Part shown: in pieces, positions 25,034 to 38,552 of the stretch
Layout: every line of letters begins with the position of its first letter
How positions within the stretch are numbered: the first letter of the stretch is position 1
From: Felis catus
Lineage: Eukaryota
Direction: 5' to 3'
Assembly (NCBI RefSeq): GCF_018350175.1
Contig: NC_058373.1
Coordinates: forward strand, 100,628,001 to 100,692,000
Length of the DNA: 64,000 nucleotides
Translations under genes and position numbers: made by a program
The notes under the pieces: generated by a model
Told to the model about the DNA's origin: nothing
Database searches by the model: none
What the model saw: the letters and a program-made list of their open reading frames with translations, nothing else

Positions 25034-25219
25034 CCAATGGTTCTAAAGTATGGTTCCTAGACCAGCAGCATCAGCATTATCTGGGAACTTGTTGGTAATG
25101 CCAACTCTTGGGCCTTTTCCAGACTTAATGAATCATGAACTCTGAGGGAAGGCACCAGCAGTTTGTAGTTTAATAAGCCCTCCGTGGGATCTGATACATA
25201 CTCAAACTTGAGAATAGTG
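25034..25219 (+). mobile_element. MER5A
   Basis: 'caatggttctaaagtatggttcctagaccagcagcatcagcattatctgggaacttgtt...aaacttgagaatagtg'. Confidence 0.85.
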
Positions 25220-25469
25220 GGTGTATACATTTTCCAGACAGAGGAGAGGGGAAGAAGAATTGCGGGCCATTGGAAAAGTACTGCTCATTTGCGTGTACCA
25301 TGAAGTTGGCTTGTACATAGCATGCTGACTGTGCTGGGGATTTCTCAACGGTTTTGCTCAACATTTTGTTCCATGCATCTTTATTGCTCTGTGAAGTTTA
25401 GTCTCTATCTTTTAAGGTCATTTGGTATAATAAGTCATGCCATTACTCACATTAAAAAAAAAGAGCTTT

Positions 25470-25692
25470 GGGGCGCCTGGGTGGCTCAGTCGGTTGGGCG
25501 TCCGACTTCAGCCAGGTCACGATCTCGCGGTCCGTGAGTTCGAGCCCCGCGTCAGGCTCTGGGCTGATGGCAGAGCCTGGAGCCTGTTTCCGATTCTGTG
25601 TCTCCCTCTCTCTCTGCCCCTCCCCCGTTCATGCTCTGTCTCTCTCTGTCCCAAAAATAAATAAACGTTGAAAAAAAAATTAAAAAAAAAAA
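25470..25692 (+). mobile_element. Young feline-type Can-SINE
   Basis: Intact CpG-rich body; TSD aaaaaagagcttt. Confidence 0.97.
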
Positions 25693-26629
25693 AGAGCTTT
25701 ATGTTTGGTTGTATGGTTATTTGATTGTTTTCTTTTTTGAAAATTAAACTTTGCAGTTGTCTGAAAACTCTTATTGTTATAACTGGAAAACACGGAGATT
25801 TCTACAGGAACTTATGGGAAAATCACAACCTAAGGACATCCTTCTTTATCTTTAAATGAAGCTGCTTTAAATGGTCTTTCTTGGTGTGGAGCTGAATTTA
25901 CATTGTCTATAATATTATGGGATAGGGTAAGTCTGTATAAACCCAAACATCAGGGTGCAAACATCAATTTTAGTGATGTCAGTTTTTACCTTTTATCTTT
26001 TACCTTCTTTACCTTCTTTTTATTTTTTTTGAGGATCTTGATAATTTCCTATCATAATACCCAGGAAAAGGGCAACCACATTTTTACCTTCCTTTTGCTC
26101 CTTCTCAAATTGAAGTGCTTAATTATCACTTTAATTAGTATGTTGGTGGCCAAGTGGAGGTAACTGAAGAGAGAAAAAGGGCCTGTGTAATGAATTGTGA
26201 AGTAGAGCTCAAAGAAAATTCCCATTGGAGAGCTGGAAGGGATCCCAGAAATCAATTGGTTCGGTTTTCTCACATCTCAGAGGCCTCTGAGAGCTTAAAC
26301 AAGCTGCTCAGAATCACATTGCTAATGGAGAAGTCGCAACCAGCAACCTTGTTTCCAAACTCCTTCAGCATTCTATTATACCATGGACTCACAACAGACT
26401 ACTATATCTCTGTGGAGGGAAGACACAACCGTATGTGAGTGACTGTGAAACATATGATTGGTTTTTTCCTTTGCTGTAAGGGGCTAGTAATATATTATGT
26501 CACATCCAGTTTGATGGCTTTCATTATATATTGATTGTTACCTTCAAAATCCTTTCTGGAATGAATTAGAATGTGAGTAGATGATAAAAAGTAAATGTGA
26601 AAATCGATCAATCCAATGCTAACTTCCCT

Positions 26630-27400
26630 ACTGATGCCCAGATTTTATGTTCAATAACCTCCTGAGCAGGTCTACCTGGACATTCCATATAGGCATTAAA
26701 AAATAAACATTTCCCTGATAGTATGCATATTCTCTCCTAAAACTTGGCCTCCACCTCCTTATATTCTATCATTATTCACTCTGAACCTTTGAAATCACTC
26801 TCAACTCTCTTTCTCTCACCTCACACATCTATTCAATCACCAACTCTGTCAATTTTATCTCCTGTCAAACTTACCTCTTAGTTTTCAAACCCAATGCTTC
26901 CTCACCACCTGCACTTCCATTTGCCTAATTCAGGCCACTCTTTTCCCTTATCTCAGCTACTGCAGCAAGCTTCATCCTGGTTTCCTGCCCTCCAGCTTTG
27001 CAGTTGGAAATTTATTTTTCACACTATTTCTGGAGCAATCTTTCTAAAGTGCATGGTGGATCACCCCATGGCCTATGTTTAAAACCTACAATAAGTCTAT
27101 CACTGACAAGATAAAAACTTAGCACAAACACAATTTTCTATGATTTGTCCTCTGTTTACCACTTTATCCCCACTTCTGGTCACTCTTCCTTAAATACCCA
27201 TGCTCTAGCAAGATCAGACAGCTTACAGATAACCAAACATTCTTGTTCAACAACTTCTTTGATTGCCTGGTGAAATTCTATTCATCCAGCATAACTTAGA
27301 CATCACCTCGTTAAGATTATCTCTGACGTCTTTCTACCTTTCTCCAGAACTATAGTGAAAAACCTTCTTTTCTGTAACCCCCGAACCTTAAATATCTTCT
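26630..27400 (+). mobile_element. L2 fragment (its tail probably at 37055-37155)
   Basis: 'tcactctcaactctctttctctcacctcacacatctattcaatcaccaa', 'atctttctaaagtgc...gatcacccc...gtttaaaacct'. Confidence 0.75.
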
Positions 27401-28901
27401 ATAGTCATATAATTTCCCTGAACATTTTATCATGAACATTTGCAAGCAGACAGAAAAGCTGTAAGAATTTTGATTTTACAATTAACTGATTTTACAATTA
27501 ACATTTTACAATTAACATTTTACATCTCTGTCTCTCTATCCAACCATCAATCATGTTTTTAAAATGCATTTCACAATAAGTTGCAGTTATTGATATACTT
27601 CCTTCCAAATAATTCAGAATACACATCATTCAGAGTTTATACATAACATGTAGAGTTCTACACTTGCAGCTCCTTTGTATTTTAAATGTCAGGTAATGTT
27701 TACATATAATGAAATGCATCCATATTTTTGTTACTTAATCCTCCCTGTCTCCCAAGAGATGGTAGTTTTCTTACAGGAAATGGTTATGGTCCCTGAATTT
27801 TTCTTTTCTTTTTAAAATTTAGAAATAAAATTTAAGTATAGTTGACAAAAAATGTTATATTAGTTTCACATGTACAACACAGTGATTCAACTTTTCTATA
27901 TATTATACTATACTGTATATACACTATACCACATGGGTAGCTACTGTCACCACACAACACTATTACAATATCATTGACTATATTCCTTATACTGTGCCTT
28001 TTATTCCCTAACTTATTTATCTCATGACTGGAAGCTTGTATCTCCCACTGATTTTCACCCATTTTGCCTATCTTCCCTTCCCTCTGGCAACCATCAATTT
28101 ATTCTCTGTATTTATAGATCTGATATTGCTTTTTGTTTGTTTATTCATTTCTTTTAGATTCCACATAATGCATGAAATCATGTGGTATTTGTTTTTCTCA
28201 GTATGACTCATTTCACATAGCATAACACATTCTAGGTCCATCCGTATTGCCACAATCTAGTCCTTATTTAAGGCTGTGTAATATTCCATTGTGTATATAT
28301 GCATAATATCCTCCTTATCCATTTGTCTATCGGACACACAGGTTGCTTCCATATGTTGCCTATTGTAAATAATGCTGCAATAAACATAGGAGTGCAAATA
28401 GCAAATTAGTATTTTCCTTTTCTTCGGGCAAATACCCAGTGGTGGAGGTACTGGATCATATGGTATTTCTATTTTTCATTTTTTGAGGAAATTTCACACT
28501 GTTTTCCATAGTGGTTGTACCAATTTACAATCAAACCAATAGTGTACAAGAGTTCCTTTTTCTCCACGCCCTCTGCAACACTTGTTATTTCTTGTCTTTT
28601 TTGAATTTAGCCATCTGACTACTGTCAGGTGATACCTTAATGTGGTTTTGATTTGCATTTCCCTAATGATTAGTGATCTTGAGCATCTTTTCATGTGTCT
28701 GTAGGCCATTTGTATGTCTTTTCAGAAATATCTATTCAGGTCCTCTGCCCATTTTTAAATCAGATTGTATGGTTTTTTTTTTTTGGTGTTGAGCTGTAGG
28801 AGTTCTTTATGTATTTTGGATACTAACCCTTTATTGGATATATCATTTGCAAATATCTTCTCCTGTTCAGTAGATTGCCTTGTTTTGTTGATGGTTTCCT
28901 T

Positions 28902-30690
28902 TTTTTTAAAACTATTTTTTTAACTTGTTTTATTTTTTATATTTTAAATTTACATCCAAATTAGTTAGCATATAGTGCAACAATGATTTCAGAAGTAGAT
29001 TCCTTAGTGCCCATTACCCATTTAGCCCATGCCCCCTCCCACAACCCCTCCAGTAACCCTCAGTTTGTTCTCCATATTTATGAGTCTCTTCTGTTTTGTC
29101 CCCCTCCCTGTTTTTATATTATTTTTGTTTCCCTTCCCTTATGCTCATCTGTTATGTCCTCATATGAGTGAAATCATATGATTTTTGTCTTTCTTTGACT
29201 AATTTCACTTAGCATAATACCCTCCAGTTCCGTCCACATAGTTGCAAATGGCAAGATTTCATTTTTTTTATTGCCAACTAATACTCCATTGCATATATAT
29301 ATACCACATCTTTTTTATCCATTCATCCATCGATGGAAATTTGGGCTTTTTCCATACTTTGGCTATTGTTGGTAGTGCTGCTATAAACATGGGTGTGCAT
29401 GTGTCCCTTTGAAACAGCACACCTGTATCCTATAGATAAATGCCTAGTAGTGCAATTGATGGGTCATAGGGTAGTTCTACTTTTTGTTTTTTGAGTAACC
29501 TCCATACTGTTTTCCAGAGTGGCTACACCAGCTTGCATTCCCACCAACAATGCAAAAGAGATCCTCTTTCTCCACATCCTCGCCAATATCTGTTGCTGCC
29601 TGAGTTGTTAATGTCAGCCATTCTGACAGGTGTGAGGTGGTATCTCATTGTGGTTTTGATTTGTATTTCCCATGATGAGTGATGTTGAGCATTTTTTCAT
29701 GTGTTGGTTAGCCATCTGGATGTCTTCTTTGGAGAAGTGTCTATTCATGTCTTTTGCCCATTTCTTCACTGGATTATTTGTTTTTGGGGTGTTGAGTTTA
29801 ATAAGTTCTTTAGAGATTTTGGATACTAACCGTTTATCTGATATGTCGTTTGCAAATATCTTCTCCCATTCTGTCGGTTGTCTTTTAGTTTTGCTGATTG
29901 TTTCCTTTGCTTTTAATAAAAAGCAGAAAAGCTTTTTATTTTTTTTAAATTTTTTTTTCAACGTTTATTTACTTTTGGGACAGAGAGAGACAGAGCACGA
30001 ATGGGGGAGGGGCAGAGAGAGAGGGAGACACAGAATCGGAAACAGGCTCCAGGCTCTGAGCCATCAGCCCAGAGCCTGACGCGGGGCTCGAACTCCCGGA
30101 CCGCAAGATCGTGACCTGGCTGAAGTCGGACGCTTAACCGACTACGCCACCCAGGCGCCCTGAAAAGCTTTTTATTTTGATGAGGTCCCAATAGTTCATT
30201 TTTGCTTTTGTTTCCCTTGCCTCCAGAGATGTGTTGAATAAGAAGTTGCTGTGGCCAAGATCAAAGAGGTTTTTGCCTGCTTTCTCCTCGAGGATTTTGA
30301 TGGCTTCCTGTCTTACATTGAGGTCTTTCACCCATTTTGAGTTTATTTTTGTGTATGGTGTAAGAAAGTGGTCCAGGTTCATTCTTCTGCATGTCGCTGT
30401 CCAGTTTTCCCAGCACCACCTGCTGAAGAGACTGTCTTTATTCCATTGGATATTCTTTCCTGCTTTGTCAAAGATTAGTTGGCCATACGTTTGTGGGTCC
30501 ATTTTTGGGTTCTCTATTCTGTTCCATTGATCTGAGTGTCTGTTCTTGTGCCAGTACCATACTGTCTTGATGATTACAACTTTGTAGTATAGCTTGAAGT
30601 CTGGGATTGTGATGTCTCCTGCTTTGGTTTTCTTTTTCAAGATCGCTTTGGCTATTTGGGGTCTTTTCTGGTTCCATACAAATTTTAGGA
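28902..30690 (-). mobile_element. Younger 5'-truncated L1 nested in the older L1, same orientation
   Basis: Has its own poly(T) and a different 3'UTR; 194-aa open ORF2 stretch at 30134-30718; TSD tttgttgatggttt(c/t)ctt at 28884 and 30691. Confidence 0.93.
29941..30161 (-). mobile_element. Young feline-type Can-SINE inside the nested L1
   Basis: TSD gaaaagctttttatt at 29926 and 30162. Confidence 0.97.
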
Positions 30691-32131
30691 TTTGTTGATG
30701 GTTTTCTTCACTGTACAAAACTTTATTTTGATGTAGTTCTAATAGTTTATTTTTGCTTTTGTTTCCCCTGCCTTAGGAGAAATATCTAGAAGAATGTTAT
30801 GGCTGATGTCAGATAAATAACTGCCTGTGTTCTCTTCTAGGATTTTTATGGTTTCAGGTCTCACACTTAGGTCTTTAGTTTGTTTTGAGTTTATTTTTGT
30901 GTATGCTGTAAGATTGTGATCCAGTTTCATTCTTTTGCATGTAGCTATCCACTTTTCCTAGCACCATTCATTGAAGAGACTGTCTTTTCTTCATTGTGTA
31001 TTCTTGCCTCTTTTGTCATAGATTAACTGACTGTATAAGTGTGGGTTTATTTTTGTGTTATTGATTCTGTTCCATGATCTATGTATCTATTTTTGTGCCA
31101 ATATCATACTGTTTTGATTACTATAGCTTTGTAGTATACCTTGATATTTGGGATTGTGATACCTCTAACTTTGTTTTTCTTTCTCAGGATTACTTTGGCT
31201 CTTTGGAGTATTTGTGGTTCCACCAAAATTTTAGTATTATTTGTTCTGTTTTTGTGAAAAATGCTATTGGCATTTTGATGGAGATTGCATTAAATTTGTA
31301 GATTGTTTTGGGTAGTATGGACATTTGAACAATTTTTGTTCTTCCAATTCATGGGTATGGAATATCTTCCCGTTTGTGTCTTCTTCAATTCTTTCATCAA
31401 TGTTTTATAGTTTTTGAGTATAGGTCTTTCACTTCCTTGTTTTTTTTTTTCTTGGTATTTTATTATTTTTGGTGCAATTGTACACAGGATTGTTTCCTTA
31501 ATTTCTCTCTCTCCTATTTCATTATTATGTATAAAAATGCAATAGAATTTTGCATATTAATTTTGTATCCTGCAACTTTATTGAATTCATCAATCAGTTC
31601 TAATAGTTTTTTGGTGGAGTCTTTAGGATTTCCATATATAGTATGTCATCTGCAAATAAATAGTTTAAGTTCTTCTTTACCGATATGAAACCTCTTTTTT
31701 TTCTTGTCTGATTGCTTCCAGTCTTGTCTGATAGGACTTCCAGTACTGTGTTGAATAAAAATCGGAGGAGTGGACATCCTTGTCTTATTCCTGATCTTAG
31801 AGGAAAAGCTCTGTTTTTAACCATTGAGTGTGATGTTAGTTGCGGGCTTTTCATAAGTGGCCTACTTTATTGAGAGTTTTTATCATAAGTGGATATTGAA
31901 TTTTGTCAAATTCTTTTTCTGTATCTAGTGTGATAATCATATGATTTTTATCATTTTTTTGTAAATGTAGTGTATCACATTGATTGATCCACAAATATTG
32001 AATCATCCTTGCGTCCCTGGAATAAATCCCAAGTGATGAGGATAATCCTCTCAATGTGTTGTTAAATGTGGTTTGCTAATATTTTGTTGAGGATATTTGC
32101 ATCTGTGTTCATCACGGATATGGGCTTGTAG

Positions 32132-32223
32132 TTTTTTTTTTTTCTTTCTTTCTTTCTTTCTTTCTTTCTTTCCTTCCTTCCTTCCTTCCTTCCTTCCTTC
32201 CTTCCTTCCTTCCTTCCTTCCTT
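32132..32223. repeat. (TTTC)n(TTCC)n microsatellite inside L1
   Basis: Seen directly. Confidence 0.92.
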
Positions 32224-34149
32224 GCTTTTGTGGTGTCTTTATCTGGTTTTGGTATTAGGGTAATGCTGGCCTGATGAAATGTGTTTGGAAGTTTTCCTTC
32301 CTCTTGTATTTTTTTGAATAGTTTGAGAAGAATAGTATTAACTCCTTTTGAAATGCTTAGCAGAATTCACCTGTAATCCATCTGGTCCTGCACTTTTATT
32401 TTTTGGTAGTTCTTTGATTATTGATTCAATTTCATTTGTAGCAATTGGTCTGTTCAGATTTTCTATTTCATCCTAATTCAGTTTTGGGAGATTATATGTT
32501 TCTAGGAATCTGTTCATTTCTTCCAATTTGCGGCATATAATTTTTCATAGTATTCTCTTAAAATCTTTTGTATTTCTGTGGTATCAGTTGTTACTTATCC
32601 TACTTCATTTCTGAATTTATTCATTTCAGTTATTTCTCTTTTTTTGAGAGTCCAGATAAAGGTTTACCAATTTTGTTTATCTTTTTAAAGAACCAGCTCT
32701 TGGTTCTTTATTTTTTCTTTGTTTATTTATTTTGCTTTTTTAGTCTCTATGTCATTTATCTGTGCTCTGATCTTTATTATTTCCTTACTTCTACTCACTT
32801 CAGGCTATGTTTGTTCTTTTTCTAGTTCCTTTAGGTGTAAAGGTAAATTGTTTATTTGTACTTTTCCTTATTTCTTGAGGCAGGCCTATATCACTATATC
32901 GTTCCCTCTTAGAATGGTTTTCTCTGTGTCCCAAAGATTTTGTTGTCTCCATGTATTTTTTGATTTCTTATTTGATTGCTTCATTGAGCCATTAATTGTT
33001 TTGTATCATGGCATTTAGCCTAGACGTGTTTGTGTTTTTTCACTTTTTCTTGTGATTGATTTCTAGTTTCATGCTATTGTGATCTGCAAAGATGCATGCT
33101 ATAGTTTCAATCTTCTTAAAGTGATTGAGGCCTGTTTTGTGGACTAACATGTGGTATATCCTGGAGAAAGTTCCATGTGCACTTAAGAAGAATACATATT
33201 CTTTTGTTTTTGGATGGAATGTGCTATATATACCTGTTATGTCCATCTGGTCCAATGTGTCATTCAAAGACACTGTTTCCTTATTGATTTTCTGCCTGGG
33301 TGATCTATACTTTAATGTAAGGGGGGTATTGAAGTCCCCTACTACCAATATATTACCATGATTTTCTCTCTGTATGTCTGTTAATATGATCTAGGTATTT
33401 AGTGCTGCAATATTGGATGGGTAGATGTTTACAATTATTATATTCTCTGGATTCCTTTATCATCATGTAATGCCTTTCTTTGTCTTGTTACAGTCTTTGT
33501 TTTAAAGTCTATTTTGCCTGATATAAGTATTGCTACCCCATATTTTTTGGTCTCCATTGGCATGGTAAATGTTTTTCCATTCTTTCACTTTCAGTATGCA
33601 TATGTCTTTAGTTTTGAGGTGAGTTTTGTGTAGGCAGCATATAAATGTATCTTTTTTTTTTTAATCCATTCCACCCCTCTATGTCTTTTGATTGGAGCAT
33701 TTAGGCCATTTACATTTAACGTAATTATTGGTAGGTATGTGCTTATTGCCATTTTGTTATTTGTCTTCTGGTTGCTTTTGTAGTTTTCCTCTGTGCCTTT
33801 CTTCTTCTCTTGCTCTCTTTCTTTGAGATTAATACATTTCTGTAGTTTTATGTTTGTTTTTTCCCCTTTTCTGTGTGTGTATCTAATATAGGTTTGGGGT
33901 TTGTGGTTATCATGAGATTCATATATGACATCTTAAGTAAACAGCAGCGTATATTAATTTTATGGTCATTTAGGTTGATACACATTCTAAAAAACTATAA
34001 TATGTTTTTTTAACTCCCTCCTTCACATTTTATGTATATGCTGCCATTTTATTACATCTAATAATGGCTATTTATTTTCCACTTAAAGAAGTCCTTTGAA
34101 CATTTCTTGCAAGTCTGGTTTAGTGGTAATAAACTCCTTAACTTCAAAA

Positions 34150-34367
34150 AAATTTTTTTTAATGTTTATTTATTTTTTTGAGAGAGAGAGAGAGACAGAG
34201 CATGAGTCAGAGAAAAGCAGAGTGAGAGGGAGACACAGAATCTGAAGCAAGCTCCGGGCCCCAAGCTGTCAGCACAGCGCCCAATGCAGAGCTTGAACTC
34301 ATGAACCATGAGATCATGACCTGAGCCAAAATCGGATGCTCAACTGACTGAGCCACCCAGATGCCCC
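34150..34367 (-). mobile_element. Can-SINE inside L1
   Basis: TSD aactccttaa at 34132 and 34368. Confidence 0.95.
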
Positions 34368-35002
34368 AACTCCTTAATTTTGTTGTCTGGGAAACTCTCT
34401 CTCTCTTTCAAATTTCAATGATACCCTTGCTGGGTAGAGTATTTTTGGTTGTAGGTTCTTTGTTGCTGTAGTAGTTGTTGTTATTGTTATTGTTGTTCTT
34501 GTTTTGGTTTTAGCACTTTGAGTATATCATGCCACTCCCTTCTGGCCAGCAAAGTTTCTGCTGAAAAATCAGCTTATAGCCTTATAGTGTTTCCCTTATA
34601 GGCAACTTTTTGCTTCTCTCTTGCTGCTCTTTAAATTCTCTCTATATCTTTAATCTTTGACATTTTAATTATTATGTATCATGGTGTGGATCTCCTAGGG
34701 TTAATCTTGTTCAGAACTCTCTGTGCTTCTTGAACTTGGATGTTGTTTTCCTTCCCTAGATTAAGGAAGTTTTCAGTTATTATTGCTTCAAATAAGTTTT
34801 CTGCCCCTTTCTCTCTTCTTTCTCGTCTGGGATCTGTATAATGCAAATATTTGTTTGCTTGGTGTTGTCCAAGAGAGATCCCTTAAGCTATCCTCATTTC
34901 AATAAATCTTTTCTCTTTTGTTCTTCAGCATGAGTGTTTTCCATTATCCTGTCTTCCAGCTCGCTGATATGTTCTGCACATGCTAATCTACTGTTGATTT
35001 CC

Positions 35003-35004
<2 letters not shown>

Positions 35005-35036
<32 letters not shown>
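35005..35036. repeat. (TG)n microsatellite
   Basis: Seen directly. Confidence 0.92.
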
Positions 35037-35037
<1 letters not shown>

Positions 35038-35369
35038 TTAGTTATTGTATTCTTCAACTCTATTGGTTCTTTTTTGTTCTTTCTATCTCTTCATTGAAGG
35101 TTTCATTAGGTTCTTCCACTCTTCTCTCTAGCCTGCTGAGTATCTTTATGATCATCATTTAAAATTCTTTATCAGACATATTGCTTATCTCCAAGTCATT
35201 TTTTCCTGCTAAGGTTTTGTCTTGCTCTTTCTTTTGGAGAATATTCCTCTGTCTCCCCGTTTTGCATAAGTTTCTGTATTTGTTTTGGGGATTAGGCAGA
35301 ACAGCTACTTCTCGTAAGCCTGAAGGAATAGTTTTGTGTATGATCACCCCCCATGTAGGTGCTGTGTTG

Positions 35370-36335
35370 CTGGCTGGCTGGAGCTATGACTGGTGTAGGC
35401 TGGAGTTCTGGGTCTCTCCATGCAGTGGGCTCTCTGGAAGGACAGCTAAAGCTGATGTGGGCACAGATCAGTGTTGTTCCTGGGCTCTTCATGCAGTGTG
35501 TGCCCTGGCAAGATATTTAAGGCCAAAATGGGTGCAAGCCAGGGTGTTCCAGGGCTCTTTGCCCATAGGGTGCCCTGGCAGGGTGGCTGAAGGTAAGGTA
35601 CAGTGTGGCCTGGGAAGTTCCTGGGCCTTCTGTGCTGAGGGAGCCCTGGCAGGATAGCTGAAGCTAAAGTGGATGTAAGCTGGGAGAACCCAGGGCTCTA
35701 CACACAGAAAGAACTTTGGTAGGATAGTTGGAGTTGAAATGGGTATAAACTGAGGTGTTACAGGATCCTCTGTACAGAGGGTGCTCTGGAAGGGTGGTTG
35801 GAGCCAAGGCAAGATACAGGCTGGGGAGGGGGTGGGTCCTGGGGCACTTCATACAGGGTGCATGCTGGCAGCACAGCTTAAGTTAAAGTGGGCATTGGCC
35901 TGGTCCCTGAGCTCTCCATGCCAAATGTGCCCTGGCAGGACAGCTGAAGCTGATTTGAGAGCAAGCTAGGGTGTCCTAGGGTTCTCAGTGCAGGGGGGCC
36001 CTGGCTGGGTAACTGGAACTGATGCTGGAGGAGTGGAGGTGTTCTAGGTGTTTGGAGAAGTGGGTGTTCTGGCGGGGTAGCTGGAATCAATGCAGGCATG
36101 GGCTGGGGTTTCCTGGGGTGCTCTGCAAAGGGGGTGCCCTTTGCAGTATGCTGGATCTGGAGCAGGCATTAGCTCAGAGATGCTAGAGCACTCTGAGTCA
36201 GCTGTGCCTTAGCAAACCATCTGAAATGGAAGTGGTGTAGGCCTGGAGTGTTCTGGGGGGTGCTTTGCACCTGTGTCACCTTGCTGTAAGGACTGGAGAT
36301 GTAGTGAGTGCTAACCAGGGGTGTCCTGGTATGCA
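35370..36335 (-). repeat. Degenerate ~70-bp tandem array (about 13-14 units) at the L1 5' end
   Basis: Core ccctggc recurs at 35503, 35573, 35644 and 35930; each unit approximates agggtgccctggcaggacagctgaagctgaagtgggtgcaggctggggtgtcctgggctctccatgc. Confidence 0.85.
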
Positions 36336-36346
36336 TCATCCTGTGA

Positions 36347-37020
36347 CCATGAAATGCACAAATCTTAAGTGTCTTATGAGGTCTACTAAGAACATATTCT
36401 TGAGCAACTTAAACCTCTATCTACTTACAACATTACCATTACCCTGGAAAATTCACTCATGTCCCTTCTCAGGAAATCCCTCCTTCCTTTCCTTGCAAAT
36501 GCAATGATTGTTTTGATTTTTTTCCCAACTAGTCTTGCATGTTGTGGGGCTTTATATTAATGGGGCAGTATATACTTTTATGTAGGACTTCATTCACTCA
36601 GTATGTTGTTTTTGAGATTCATTCATTTTATATGAATTGGAAGCTCTTTCTTTTTATGTTACTAATACTCCAGTGATACGTAACAATTGGTTTTACGTAA
36701 ATCCATTGTCTGATAGATACACACTTGGGCTATTTCCAGTTTCTGACTATTATGTATAAAGCTACTATGAATACTCTTGTATAAATCTTTTTGTGGATAC
36801 AGGTCTCCAACTCTTTTGGGTAAATGCTAGGATCAGAATTTCTGGGTCATGAACATCTACATTTAGTTTGACAAGAAACTACCAGATTTTCCCCAGAGGG
36901 GTTTTACCATTTTATTTTACGCTCACCAAAAAGTTTTGCTTCACATCTTCATCAATATTTGTTGCTATGAGACTTTTTAATTTTAGCCATTCTGGCGGAT
37001 GTGTAGTGGTATATCATTGG
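36347..37020 (-). mobile_element. Old L1M 3' fragment (continuation of ~27420-27720)
   Basis: 'aaatgcacaaatcttaagtgt', 'ttgggctatttccagtttctgactattatgtataaagctactatgaat'. Confidence 0.7.
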
Positions 37021-37054
37021 GTCTCTCATATGAGTTTTGGTTTATTGGCCTGTC

Positions 37055-37155
37055 TCTATAGACATCTTCTTGAAGACAGGCACTTTACTCACCTCTATAT
37101 TTCCTATGCCTAATAATGTCTAACAGAGTACAGCTCAATAAATGTTTGTTGAATC
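37055..37155 (+). mobile_element. L2 3' tail
   Basis: 'cttgaagacaggcact...gctcaataaatgtttgttgaat'. Confidence 0.7.
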
Positions 37156-37949
37156 AAACTAATCCAAATTGAATCCTGTACTCAGAAAAAAAGATGATCT
37201 TCTTTTATAACTTTATTCCTTTGGTCAAAGAGCAGAGTAAGCTCTTTTGTTACAAGCAGTAACATTTATATTAAGATTAGAATGCTATCCAATTGGAGTG
37301 ATTTGAGGGATCAAGCATCCCTTTCCCCAAATATGTGTTCCATTGTCTCTCTTTTATTTTAACAACTTCATTCCTCTGGGTCTTTTTATGTGGCTTTTCC
37401 ATTTTCATAGGGCCCTACTAAAGTGGTAATCTATGTAGGAGGAAGATGAACTAATGCTTTAATTACAACCAATAAAAGACCAGATTGTAACTTTGATTTT
37501 TCCCCTGATAGTTGGATAGTGGGGTTGGAGTGGATATAGAGAGAGGGCAGGAAAAGTTCATGATCCAGGGAAGGTGCCAAAGTCAAGTGATTGCTTGAAG
37601 AAGGACTTCTTTAGTGTTTCAGAAGTCACACATGGACCTTTAATCAAGATTTCCAGCTCAGGCACACCATGGCTGTCTTTTTCCTTTCCTTATCAGTTCC
37701 TTCCCTCCTTCCTTTTCTCTCTTGTCTCATTCTTGTCTCAGTTCACAGTTATTTCTGGCACCTGAGTGGTACCTAGAATAATTTAAGTGTTTAATAAATA
37801 TTTGTTGACCAAATGTAGACTCTTTCCCCAGGGCCATTCAACTTTCTAATAAAATTACCAGTTTAGGGTCAATTAGTAGTTAACAGTGGTCTTATCTACC
37901 CTGGAGACATTTGTATATATAGTTATAAAAATGGCAATAGGGTTAGTTG

Positions 37950-38090
37950 TATCTTGGTTTGAATGCTGGCTCTTGACTGCATGATTTTACACAAGTTACT
38001 GAAGGCCTTTCAATCTGTTTCCTTATGGGTAAAGTGGGGATAATATTGCCTATTTTGTAAGGTGTTATAAATATTAGAAACCTACTTAGC
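37950..38090 (+). mobile_element. MIR
   Basis: 'ggtttgaatgctggctct...caagttact...tctgtttccttatgggtaaagtggggataata'. Confidence 0.75.
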
Positions 38091-38552
38091 CATTCTTTCC
38101 CCTTATTTAAAAAGCTGCTAAAAACAAAGCTCATCTACAAAGCCTTCCCTGATGACCATGGTAGGAATGCCATCATCTCATTTGACCTATCTTAAGTATT
38201 TTGCTATCCAATTTAGGGTTGGTTTCATGTTCCTATTCTGGTTCCCATAAGACGTTTTGAGTTCCATGATGATAAGGACCAGGTCTATTCAACTTTTAAA
38301 GAAATTATAATCCTTAAGTATTTTGACTTTTGCAATTAGGTACTTACTACTTTTTTTTATAAAGTTGGTGACATAAATGCTGGTATCAGAGAAACAAAAC
38401 CCTTATTTGCTTTCAATTGCTTATCCAATCATACCAGTAGACTGTTAGTAAAACAAGTAATAATACAGTTTACATTTGTATTTAGTTAATTTAATTTGAT
38501 GTAGTAAATTTAATTAAATTTTTATTTAATACAGTTTAAAATTTGTATTTAA

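Larger units (their letters stand above)
27798..36335 (-). mobile_element. Near full-length decayed carnivore L1 (5' tandem array, ORF1, ORF2, 3'UTR, poly(A))
   Basis: Minus-strand ORFs VVGDFNTPLT..SAHGTFSRIYH (endonuclease), [16 protein letters not shown] and SGIRQGCPL..YLFADD (RT), [25 protein letters not shown]; poly(T) at 27798. Confidence 0.96.

Noticed and set aside
25470..25545. tRNA gene-like A/B box sequences (here and in other SINE heads)
   Set aside because: They are the tRNA-derived heads of Can-SINEs, followed by (CT)n, poly(A) and TSDs
30134..30718. Longest ORF (194 aa)
   Set aside because: It is an L1 ORF2 fragment running into a SINE, not a host gene
35370..36335. Regularly spaced repeats resembling a CRISPR array, and overlapping ORFs of 107-158 aa
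   Set aside because: Eukaryotic context, whole units are homologous with no unique spacers, no cas genes; the ORFs result from GC-rich repeat sequence in an L1 5' end
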